From Prorocentrum cordatum (Eukaryota), in assembly GCA_963575745.1 (NCBI GenBank), contig CAUYUJ010000114.1, positions 434,001-498,000 on the forward strand: a DNA stretch of 64,000 bases. The letters run 5' to 3'. The notes beneath the pieces are model-generated. The model ran no database searches. It was not told where the DNA came from and saw nothing but the letters and a program-made list of their open reading frames with translations. This document shows positions 13,067-63,026 of this stretch, one piece after another (position 1 is the stretch's first letter; each line of letters opens with the position of its first letter). The translations under genes and the position numbers were made by a program.

Positions 13067-16000
13067 TTACGTGACAGAGGAGCCCGACTCTCCAGCGCGA
13101 ATCAGGAGGCCCGAGCGGAGTGGCTGCACCAGAGGGCGCCACTTCTTGTTCACAGAGAACCGTGCGGGTGTGCGGCCAAGGTTCGACAAAACCCTCGCTC
13201 CCCACGACTTCGGCTGCGGCGGCCCCGCGCAGCAGGTGGAGAGCGAGGCCGAGACCAGAGTCCCCCCACACCCGCACACAACACACACAACACACCACAT
13301 CCGCCCAGCCTCCCCGCCCACCTGGAACGGATGAATGACATGCTGCCTGCCTGGCGCCGACGCCACTCGCGCACATGCGAGGTCGGCGCGCGAGAGCACG
13401 GGCGGCACGACGGCAGGTGGCGGCATCGCGACGAGGGGCGGCAGGCGGGGACCACGCGCCCGCGCCGTCCTCTCCTTGTCTGTGACATGCACGGCGTCGA
13501 GGTCGGCCATTACAGGCCCAATCTTGGCGACCCATGCAGCAAGACGAGAGAGAACCTTAGCCTTGGCCTGATGCGCCTGTCGCACTGGCAGGGGTACTCT
13601 CGATCTGTCTGCCTGCCATCGTGCCCAATCATCTGCACGCATATTACCTTCAAACTCAAAGGGGGAGATCTCGCCTCGCTGGAGGCTAGCACGCGTGCTG
13701 TGCGCCTTGACCTTGCGCACATCCACATGCCCGAGACCCCCCCATTCGTCGATCTGCAGCCAAATCTGAACCCAAACTTCGGCCCAGGCACTGCGGCTGC
13801 TGCAACAGTACTCGCGCCCGCGCACATGCAACCCGTCGTGCACGAAAGCGCTGTCAGTGCACATGATCGTGCCAGGGGTGCAGTGCTGCAAGGCTCGCAA
13901 CAACGCCACGAGCTCGGCAGCGTCGATATCGGCACAGGCCATCACAAGCGTGCCGCAAAACACTGAAAGCGTCCTGAACGGATATTCAGGCTGCACAGCA
14001 ACCAGGGCCCAAGCGAGGGCCTGGGAGGGCCCAAGGAGGTCCTGGTCCATCCAGGACCCGCCCAGAAAAACATGCCCCCCCATGTCGGTGGGCCCGCCCG
14101 AAAACCACCTGGCCGGAGGCTCGAGGGAGGGAGGGGGAGCAGCAGCAGGGCAGAGGAGCCTCTCGGCAAGGAGGCGAGGGAGGGTGGAAGTGGATGCTTG
14201 CACCAGCCCAGTCAAAAACTCTGGAGGCCCTCGTGGGGAAGCAGCTCCTCGTGCCTTCCGCGCGCTCCATGTCTGTGCAACAAAGTCCCTGGAGCGTCCT
14301 GACAGGCCAGGCACGTGGGCTGAGAAACCATACCGCACTCCCATTGCCTGTGCTGCGGCCACTGCCCTCCAGCAATCACAGATCGAAGGTAGCCTTTCTC
14401 TTGAGGCGAGAGCTTCTTCGATCGCAAAAGAGAGAGGATGGGGTCAAGGTTGCATCCGTTAGCCAACTCAGGCACACCCTCACGCTCAGCAACTTTGGCC
14501 CACAACCAATCTTGAATCACCCGACAAAGCCATGTGCGGACAGTGCGTGGAGACTGCTCACGCACGCTAATCGCACCAATTTTGGGATGATCCCAATAAA
14601 AACCATCCATGGAAAAACCCAGGCGCTTCGCAGTGGCCACGCCGGCCGAAAACGGGCCTCGGACGGCAGCCCACGGGTTCCCATGGTCCCTGAAGAGTTG
14701 CCAGGCCTCCTGAAGACCTTGCTCCAAAACGCGCCTGGGCCGCAGATCATCCCAGACAGCAGTGGCATAGGCCAGAAGCGGATCCAACTGCAGCTGAAAA
14801 GCAGGATCGCAGGAGGGCTTATCGGACAGCATCAGAAGCAGAGTGACACTTTTTTCCCGCGAGGCGATTGCTCTGCACGTGCGCCTGCAAAGACCGAGCC
14901 TCGCGTAACAAAGTAGAGTTCGTGCCGTGCACGCTGCCCCCATACTTGACGGAGGCCATGACAGCGGACTGAATCACGTGGTGAACCCTGCGCTTAGCAA
15001 TGTGATTACCTAAACTCACAAGCTTGCGAGCCCGAGCACGCGCTGGACTCCTGCGCTCGCGACGTGTAGCTTGAGACATAACACGCGCAGCAGCAAAATC
15101 GATCCCAAGATTACGCTCATGGCTCACCCCTTTGACCTCGTAGCGGGCCAGCCTGCGCACCAGGGAGGCACGAACCAGATGCGACGACCCCACGACCTTC
15201 GACTTACGACGGGCGACAGGAAGATGAACGGCCTCGAGCTCCTGATGCAGCAAGCACGTGGCACCCGAAAGATCGGCAATGACATCACAATCTCGACCTA
15301 CATGATGCAAACCGAAGTCGTCCACAACAACACCCAGTCGCACCAGTCTATAGCGATCCACGGCCCTGTCGACAGGGCCAAGGAGAATCATCTGCAACAT
15401 AAGCGTGGCAAAGTGACAGCCAGGCAGCACAGCCTGCAGAGTGCACACAGGTTCGGACACAGCATTATCCAAACTTAAAACCCGCGGAAGGCGGTAGAGC
15501 TCAACGAGGAGCTTCAGCTGGCGGAGTGGAAACCCCGACTCCGACGCAGCTCTTACCAACTCACTGTGTCTAATGTGCTCGAAGGCCTTCTGAAGGTCCA
15601 GCAGCACCAAAGCACTGGACATGTCACGGGAAAGCGCCCATTCAGACGAGGCGGCTTGCACCCAGACCAGCTTGTCGCTGCTGCGGCCTGAGGTGGCCCA
15701 ACAATATGGGCGCGCGTGTGCAGCCTGCCACTGGGACACTAATGACTTCCGCAGCCTACCCTGCACTCGCGCCAAGATATGGATGAGGGCTATGGGGCGC
15801 AGCCCCCCATCACGTTTGGCAAGAAAAACAACCTTGGTCCAGATGGTGGGCCACGAGCACGAGCTTTCAACAACAGCCAACACGTCCAGGAAAGCATCAA
15901 GGGCCTGGTCCGAGAGCACGAGCAACTGTCTGGGGCTGATCTGGTCGAAGCCACACCCTGACCGCTTGGGAAAGGACTTCAGGCATCTCTTTAAATCGTC

Positions 16001-17482
16001 CAGGGAGGGCCTGGGAAACTCTGGCCCTAAATCTGGCCAACAAATCTCATCCTCGAGGGCGCCCACCTTCCACCGCCCAGCCCACTCCTCCTCCAAAAGC
16101 GAAACCTCCTCCTGTAAGGTGGCAGGCGCTCCTGAGGGGGACATGCTGCTGGCATGCCAGGGGGTGGCTGGCTTGCTACATGCGTACAGGGCAGCTCCTC
16201 CATTAAGTGAGTGCGCTTGCACCCACTCCTTCCAATTCTGATTCTTGGCCTTCTCGGCCATACGATGCTCTAAAGCTGCTTGCTTGTGCGCTAGCTTGGC
16301 GAGCGCAGAAGCAAGAGGATATGTCAGCTCACGTGCATACTCCAGCAGGTGCAGCCAGGGTTGAGACTTGTCTGCTTCAACCTTGGCCTTCTTGGCCAAG
16401 CCGGGCAAGCTTCGGGCCAAATTCAGCGTTCCAGAACGAAGGGCCCCAGGTTGCCAGACCCCAAGGCCATCCAAACATCGGGCGAGGAGACGCCACCAAA
16501 GAGCCCCTGGAGACAGACGGGGAAAGGCAAGGTCCCTAGGGGCTTTAGGCTTGCAAACTTGAAAGCGCGGGCCCTCAGACCTGCCGATGTACTCGCTGTC
16601 AGTCTCGAGGTCGAGGCCGTAGACGTCTGCCCAGTCGCGCTCCGCGAAGTCCAGCCATAGCCGCCAGGCGGCATCGAGAGGTAGCCCATTGCGTCGCAGA
16701 CAGTACTGCTGCCAAAGATCGCTTGGGTCCAGCGCGCGGCAGCCCATGGGTACATCCTGCGGCAGCCGCTTAGGCACCCTGGCCACCAGGTGCGCCATCT
16801 CGGCCACGGTGCGCGGCCGCAGAGTAAGCACCACAGGGAAGTGCGGCGACGTGCCCACGTCAAACAGCACCTCGGCCTTGGCCCCATGATGAAGGGACCG
16901 TGACATCACGAAGTAGTCAATACAACGACCAGCGCTAACCGAACTGTTCGTGCAAGTGGCGCAGCTCGGTGCAACGCATACGGCGTCCATGCCCTCTGTC
17001 CATTCAGAACCCACCAGCGTGTCAGGCAGCAGCTGAAAGTCACCACACAAGACGAAGGGCATCGCGATCTGCTTGAGGACACAGCCAAGATCCTCTAAGA
17101 TCTTCCAATTTCGAGGGCCTAACTCTTCACTGTGATGCATGTAGACGGTGGCAAGAGCAACACCACCTGGTATCAGCCCAGAGCAGTGCATGACCCTGGC
17201 CCTGCCTGCAGCGACAACCTTCGGCACCAGCTCGAACTCGGCGAGCCCAGCAGCGGCAGGAACCATGTGCATGATACCGCCAGAGGTGCCGCCCTTTTGC
17301 GTGTCCACCGCAGGGCAGCAGGAGGAACGCCAACCAATCTTGCTAAGCCTGGACTCCCAAGCTACACATTCGGGCTCTCGTAGGTGATGCTCCTGAACCG
17401 CCACAGCTCGCGCAGCCCGCACGCGGGTATGCTTCAGCAGCGCCTCGAGGCCAACTTTACCTGTCACATTGCACGTCACCAT
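13067..17482 (-). pseudogene. LINE ORF2: AP endonuclease, reverse transcriptase, Zn knuckle, RNase H and Cys-rich C-terminus; frameshifts near 14850 and 14200-14300
   Basis: EN: TCNVTG, AVQEHHL, LCGDFQ, CIDYFV, SPHFPV. RT: GLRPIAL, LLDLQKAFEHI, QAVLPGC, VVDD, RNLGIDF. Knuckle: CLAC..TLLHR. RNase H: VFLGGS, AAELVAL, CTDSAFV, KVKAH, GNMRADDWA. Confidence 0.92.
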
Positions 17483-17519
17483 AGAAAACGATTCACATTG
17501 AGAGGCTCTGCTGGCTGCA

Positions 17520-18557
17520 TCAAAGACGAGGTCGCTTTTTTGCAGCTTCCAACAGAGCATCGAAGAAGCCTGCCACCAGCTCATGCTTGACCCCGTGAGC
17601 CTCGGCCACCTGTTGGTAGAAGGGGGCGTCGGAGCCGTTGGCATCGCCTGCAGCCTGCTGCTTCTGGCTCTCGAGCCACGCCAGCATCTGTTCATGTTGC
17701 TGTTGCTCACGTCGGTCTTGTTCGGCAGCATGTCGAGCCTCAGCCTCAGCAGTGGCAGCAGCGGCGGCTGCGGCGGCAGCGCCTGCGGCCCCAGCCTCGG
17801 GCGGGAGGCTGGCACCGCCTCCAGGAGCGTCCGCAGCGCCGTCGCCATCAGCAGCATCACCCATGGGAGCGTCCGCTGCCTCGGGCACGACCTCAGGCTT
17901 GGGTACGAGGGCCTGCAGGGCGGGTATGAGGCCGCCGAGCTGCTCGCCAATGCCTTTGAGCCTCTCGTCGCAGCTGAGGCCCTGCACGAGCGACTGGAGC
18001 GCGGCCACGGGGTCGGCGGCATGCGCTGGTGCCATGCTGGAGTAGGCACGTGCGGCCTTGGCTGCCGCCTCCTTGCACTGCTTGTCCAACATGTCAAACT
18101 CGGATTTGGCCTTAACCGCCGCGGCAACAGCTGCCATGGCGGCTTCGTTGGCCTTGTGATACTTGCGCTGAGCCCTCGCCAGCTGATCATGAAGCCTGTC
18201 TTGCTCGATTCTCGCACTCTTTGCCGACGCCATGGGGTCGCCTTGAAGCAGTGACCGCTGCGCCACCACACGCCCGACCGCCTTGGCGGGCCACCCCTCA
18301 GAGAGCTTGGCAAAGTCCGCTGCGGACATCCTGGCATAGATCTCGAGCTGACCATCGTCGAGAGGCGGCCCTGGCACCTTGGCTGGCTTGGACGCAGGCG
18401 GCCCGTTGACCCACTGCCCCAGCTTGCGCTCGCCGCGCGGAGGCTGAGGTGTGGTGCCCTTGGCCCGCCCCCAGACGCGGCAAGCCTCCCTCGACATGTA
18501 GTTGAACCGATACCCACATTTCTTATGCGAGCAAGCCCAAAGCCTGAAGTCCGCCAT
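17520..18557 (-). CDS. LINE ORF1 (~345 aa): N-terminal RanBP2-like zinc finger plus coiled coil
   Basis: First ATG downstream of the SL; MADFRLWACSHKKCGYRFNYMSREACRVWG (last Cys replaced by W); heptad-rich middle. Confidence 0.75.
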   Translation of the reverse strand: MADFRLWACSHKKCGYRFNYMSREACRVWGRAKGTTPQPPRGERKLGQWVNGPPASKPAKVPGPPLDDGQLEIYARMSAADFAKLSEGWPAKAVGRVVAQRSLLQGDPMASAKSARIEQDRLHDQLARAQRKYHKANEAAMAAVAAAVKAKSEFDMLDKQCKEAAAKAARAYSSMAPAHAADPVAALQSLVQGLSCDERLKGIGEQLGGLIPALQALVPKPEVVPEAADAPMGDAADGDGAADAPGGGASLPPEAGAAGAAAAAAAAATAEAEARHAAEQDRREQQQHEQMLAWLESQKQQAAGDANGSDAPFYQQVAEAHGVKHELVAGFFDALLEAAKKRPRL

Positions 18558-18684
18558 CGCGCCTGAGCCGTGATTCGCACAAGGTCGTGAGGGCGGAAGC
18601 CTCAGTACTGTACCAAAAATGTGTGGTGCCTTGCGCACCGAAGCAGGCGGGGCCGCGGACTCCCCACGCCAGTTTGCACAAATC

Positions 18685-18703
18685 CTTGAGCAATGCCTCC
18701 GGA
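18685..18703 (-). other. Degenerate relict spliced leader TCCGGAGGCATTGCTCAAG directly 3' of the intact SL
   Basis: Aligns to the SL with 2 substitutions and a 3-nt deletion; keeps the TCCG start and GCTCAAG end. Confidence 0.75.
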
Positions 18704-18725
18704 CTTGAGCCAAAATGGCTACGGA
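18704..18725 (-). other. Perfect 22-nt dinoflagellate spliced leader (DinoSL) TCCGTAGCCATTTTGGCTCAAG
   Basis: Plus strand reads cttgagccaaaatggctacgga, the exact reverse complement of DCCGTAGCCATTTTGGCTCAAG. Confidence 0.97.
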
Positions 18726-19037
18726 CCTCCTCCTCCTCCTCCTCCTCCTCCTCCTCCTCCTCCTCCTCCCCCTACCCCTTGTCGCTGGCGCTCCGCGAGG
18801 GCGGAGTGGTTGGAGTGGAGGGAGGGCCGGCCCCTGAACGGGGCCGCGCCTCCCCCCTCTGGAGCGCCGGGTGGGGCGGCGGGGGGCGCGCGGGGGCGGC
18901 AACGGGGGCGCGGGGGGGAAGGGCGCTGAGCAGGCGGGGAAGGGGTGCGTGAGTGCGTGAGTGCGTGGTCGTTATTGTGTGGGTGTCTATGGATTTGTGT
19001 GTGTGCGTGTGTGTGTGTGTTCATGTCGATGGATGTT

Positions 19038-19109
<72 letters not shown>

Positions 19110-19549
19110 GAAGTGGTGATTTTAGTCTACGGTGGTGGCGGCGCGTGTGCGCGCACGGTGGTGGCGGTCGTGGTTGCGTCGGCGGTGGCCGCAGGGGCAG
19201 GCGCGCGCGGCGCCCGCAGGCTTGCGCGCAGGAGCGCGCGAGCGCGCCCGTGTGCAGGGTTGTCTTGCTTGCTGTCTGGATTTTGGACGTCATGTATGCT
19301 GAGTTTGAGTCCCGTTTGGCGTTCACTCATTATCGGAGGTTTGGGGGGTGAGATGGAAGCGGAACGGAGATCCCCCGCCGGGAGATCGCTTTCGGTCTCG
19401 GGTTCATGACGCTCGTGCGGGCGAGGCGAAGATGCATGGGTTGGCGACAGGAATGACTTCGCTGTGGCCAGGGCTGGTCAAGACAAAAGACCGCCTCCAG
19501 TGGGCCAGCATGGCCGAGGGTGTCCCGCCGTGGTGTCCCGTTTGTGTTG

Positions 19550-20030
19550 CCGTCGGTGTCCGCGGGCGGTGGCCAGGGGTGTCCCGCCGTGTTGTCCGCC
19601 CGCGTTGTCCAGTCGGTGTCCCGTCGGTGTCCCGTCGGTGCCCCGTCGGTGTCCCGTCGGTGTTACGTCGGTGGCCCGTCGGTGCCCCGTCGGTGTTACG
19701 TCGGTGTCCCGTCGGTGCCCCGTCGGTGTCCCGTCGGTGTTCCGTGGTGTTCCGTCGGTGTCCCGCCGGTGTCCCGCCGCCGGTGTCCCGCCGCCGGTGT
19801 CCCGCCGCCGGTGTCCCGTCGGTGTCCCGATTGGTATCCCGATTGGTGCCCCGTGGGTGTCCCGATTGGTGTCCTCATCGGTTTCTGGTGATGCCCCGGT
19901 GGTGTGTCGATGGCGTCTTAATGGTGTTTTGGTGGTGTCCCGGTAGGTGCCCCGATTGGTGTTCCGATGGTGTTTTGGTGGTGTCTTGGTGTTGTACCGT
20001 TTCGTATGCTGTCCCGACGGTGTCCCGATG
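19550..20030. repeat. 11-bp minisatellite (gtgtcccgtcg)n
   Basis: Direct reading. Confidence 0.9.
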
Positions 20031-21366
20031 TTATTAGCCATTGCCCAGAGACATCATGCATTGCCTTCAGCACCGTCGTCTTGCATCGTCGCCAACTCGT
20101 CTGCGCATCACCGGCATCGCCACCATCACAATCATGGCAGTTGTCCCCAGTTGGTTCTTTCCCCCCCAACCTCCTTGTCACCCGAAGGGTGCTCGTATAG
20201 GTAATCGTAAATGAAGGGTCGGAGAGTCCCAGAGCCGCTCGAGCACGGAGGGGCCGCCACCCAGGCGCGCCAGGCGTCGCAGAATTTGCATGAACGTTTT
20301 GGCCCGCGTTGGCTCGGCGTTCGTGCAGCGCCCGATGTGGCTGCACGAGGCTGTCCTGGATATGACGCGTACGTAAATACCACCCTCTGGCACACGCCCG
20401 TTTCCAATTTTTCGCAGGTTGTACTCACGCATTGGTGATAAGCACGTCGAGTCAACGGGCTGACACCTGACTCTCCATATCAATTTGGCTCCCTTTCCCC
20501 AGCACTACCCTTCCCCCTTACCCGAAAATTGAACGGTGCGCCTCCACAGTTCAGCAAACATGTGAATTCGGGGATGATTCGGGACATTTGATATCTGTGC
20601 CGGCTGTTTGCTCTTTCCGTCACCCAGCCCGGCCCTTTGGCAGTGCCCAGTTGCACCAGTGTGTTCGGTTCTCGACTGAGTTTCTCTAGACATATTTGTT
20701 GTGCTCCCGCGGAAAAATGGACATGTGGCCACATAGCGATGCTCTCCGCGTGATTGTTGCTCTGCTCGTTCCGCTGCGCATTTTCTCTCAAATGTCCCAC
20801 CCACCCCACCCTGGGGGAACCTTTGATGTATGTGCCGGCTGTGTGCGTTTTTCGTCACCCAGCCAAGCACCTTGTCAGTGCCCAGTTGCACCGAGGTGCG
20901 TTGTTCAAGGGCTCCCACGAGGGCGCGAAATTATTCGCGCTTCGCGGTCCTCGTTCCTTCTCCTCCTCCTCGTCCTCCTTTTCTCCCTTTGCGGGGGCGG
21001 CGCGAGAGCGCGAAGTTATTCGCCCTTCGCGGAGCGCGAAGCGCGAAGTTGGAAGCCCCAGGTTGTTTCTCGACCGAGTTCCTCTAGACATGTCTGCTGT
21101 GCTCCCGAGGAACAGAGGGCAGAAGACCACATGACCTGCTCCTCCGGGCCTCGTTGGATGCCCTCCTGGGGCCCCCCTCTGGGCCCTCGCGGAGGCACCT
21201 TGAGCCGTTCTGAAGCCATACTCGGCCGCCTTGGGGCCATGCTGGCCCGTGTTCGCGGCACATTGGGCAGTCCTGGTTGCCGTGGTTGCCTGCCTGGGCC
21301 TTCTTGGAAGCTCGGGGCGCGGACGCGTCGTGCCGCGCGGAGGGTCGTCGGCGTCGGGAGCGCGGA

Positions 21367-21403
<37 letters not shown>

Positions 21404-21425
21404 GAGGGATCGTGGCCATCGGCTT

Positions 21426-21548
21426 GCCATCGCTCGGACGTGTGCATTTTTTCCGGCGAGGGCCATCGAGGAGCATCCTTGATCATTTGGCGAAAAAGCC
21501 ACGCACGAAACCGAAAAAAACACAGGGAATGGACGTCCGAGCGATGGC
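21426..21548. mobile_element. MITE family D (TIR catcgctcggacgt); other copies at ~50479-50603 and 57708-57830
   Basis: Three near-identical ~120-bp copies with 14-bp TIRs. Confidence 0.85.
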
Positions 21549-23862
21549 CAGGTCAGCGTCGGGAGCGCGGATCCATGTGTGTCCGAGGGATCGTGGCCAT
21601 CGGGGCCAGGAGGTGCATGCGCCTGTCCGCGGGTAGAGAGGGGTGCCTTCACAAATTGGAATGCACAAGCCGTCAGGAGCAGCACCTGGCGTTCTGGCGC
21701 ACCCACATTGCGCAGGCACGCTTGCGGATCTCCATGCCATTACTCGTTGTGGGCGGGCAGCAGGCGAACAGCCAGAAACGACAACCAACAAACGATATTC
21801 GAGGAATTGTGCATTCTAACACACCCCAGCTGTCCTTTGGCACGGCGGCGGATTGCTCCCGCGACAGCGAGGTTTTTTTTTTCATAGCTCGGCTGAGTTG
21901 CAGTGCCGTCAGCCTTTCTCCTTCTTCTCGCAGTAGCGATCGAAGAACAACAACCAAATCATGGGCCACATCGTTCCTGGGGTCCGCGCAGGTTTCTTGG
22001 ATCGTTGCCAGACCCCCCTTGGCGGCGCCTCGGGCTCGCCCTTGGCGCGCTTCACGAGCCAGGGGAGGGGTCCAGCGCCGTCCCAGTAAATCTGCGTCAG
22101 GGCCCTGACCAAAACGAACTCTACGTCATCCTTCGCCATCCTTCTCGCTCCTCCCCCTCATTTTTTGTTATTCCTCGATCGAACCCTGTCCTCGTCACAT
22201 CTCCTTCCGACTGCTTCTCCCCCCTGTCTCCTCCTTATCTAGCCTCGCTTTCCTCCCCCATCGTTGTCCTCTTCCCTGCCATCCTCCCGCTCATCCTCAT
22301 GCCCCATCCTGCTCCGTGCCGGCTCGGGTGACCTGTTTTGTTGCGGAGGATTTCAGGGGAAACAGCGTCAGGGGGGGGGGGAGAGGAGGAGGAGGAGGAG
22401 GAGGAGGAGGAGGAGGAGGAGGAGGAGGAGGAGGAGGAGGAGGAGGGGGAGGAGGAGGAGGAGGACAGGCCGAGAGGGGGGATGCATCGACCCCGATCGC
22501 TCACTGTCCACCTCGCAGGGGCGCGGGCGGAGTTGCCATCGGGGACCCGTCGCCGATCCGTCGGCGAAATGTATCGCCGATTCCAGCTCGATGTCTTCTC
22601 CCTGAGCCGCGCCCTCTACCCATCGGTCGTTGGAAGTAGGTATTCTTGGGTTTCCAGATTCCAGTCTACTTTCAGCGCCTTCCTACTTCAAGAGTCGAGT
22701 GGTTTTCCCTCTTCCTTCCTCTGCAGGAGGCGGGCGGAAACCCAATATACTCCCAACGCCTTCCTACTTCATGTTTCCACCTACTTCTTCCGACCAGTGG
22801 GTACAGTCGGGGCCCTGAAGAAGGAGCCCTTTTTTGTTGGGGAGGGGCTCCGTGTTCCTTACTTGCTTGCTTTGCAGTGCTCCTCGGGCTTTCCTGAGGT
22901 TTTCCATGGAACATCGGAGCTTACTCTATGGGAAAGAGGGGCCTCGTTCCTTATTTATCGTTCCTTGGGTCAACGCCCCGACTGTGTCGCCGATTCCAGC
23001 TCGATGTTTTCTCCCTGAGCCGCGCCCTCTCTATCGTCGCCCCTCAGGTAATGGAGGATGACGATTAATAAATGACCGGGGGTCGTGTTCACGCGGCGAC
23101 GCCCGGGATGACGATTAGACAAAACCGGCCGCGGGCTGGAAAACTTTTTTTTCAATCGTTCTCTCTTCCAGTCAGCAACTTGCGCAGAAATAGGAGAACA
23201 CTAGTTTTGTTAATCATTCTCTCCCATTTTTGTATTAATCGTCATCCCGCATTATGCCTCGTTCATCACCCTGGCGGGGCCGGGCTAAATAGGCGGCCTG
23301 CGAGTCTCTGGGCGGGCCACGGATGGCGGTGCCCCTTCCCCTCTGGGTCTCCCTCCTCGGGTCGGGATATGCGCTCGGACCAAACATGTCGAGAGGACTG
23401 CAGCCGCGGTGGTGAGGAACCTCCTGGAGGCACCCAAAGGAAGACAAATATGCCCCGACGCCTCGGACTCGGACGTTCGAATATCCCTCCTCTCCTCCCC
23501 CCTTCCCTCCGTCCACGTCCATTCTCGGAAGCCCCAGGGCTCTGCGCCCTGCTGTGTTGATCAACATCGTTGTGGTTCTGATTTCCTGTCTGCACTGTGC
23601 TGGTGCTCGTGGGCTGCTGTTTTTTTACCTGCTTCGCCAATCCGGTCGTCTTCCAACTAAAGAGTTTTCGTGGAATGCATGACCTGACCTGACCCGTCCA
23701 GGGATACCCGGACCTCTCCAGAGATGCGTTCTGGCAAGAATCCCCTGGGAGTCTGCAGTGGCGACTCGAGAGGTCTCCCAGAAGGCTTTGATCAGTGAAA
23801 GATCTGATGATTTTTGTACTTCGAACCCTCGATCGTCGATGTCCTCCCACCCCCGTCCAGAG

Positions 23863-63026
<39,164 letters not shown>

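Larger units (their letters stand above)
12922..18725 (-). mobile_element. Full-length (~5.8 kb) non-LTR retrotransposon (ORF1 + APE-RT-RNase H) starting with the dinoflagellate spliced leader; probably inactivated
   Basis: Domain motifs as listed in the ORF1/ORF2 entries; both ends abut (GAG)n on the element strand; no poly(A) tail. Confidence 0.93.

Noticed and set aside
17534..17542. A-AAA-AAG slippery site at the end of LINE ORF1 as a -1 frameshift signal
   Set aside because: ORF2 is in the +1 frame relative to ORF1, so a -1 slip would not join them.
13331..18254. Plus-strand ORFs overlapping the LINE
   Set aside because: Antisense shadows of a GC-rich coding sequence with no motifs.
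18660..18730. SL RNA gene
   Set aside because: The SL is not followed by the GT donor/SL intron but by a relict SL and the LINE 5' UTR.
23400..23435. VVRNLLE segment as the missing upstream SMC4 exon
   Set aside because: It does not match the expected GLLEYLE context.
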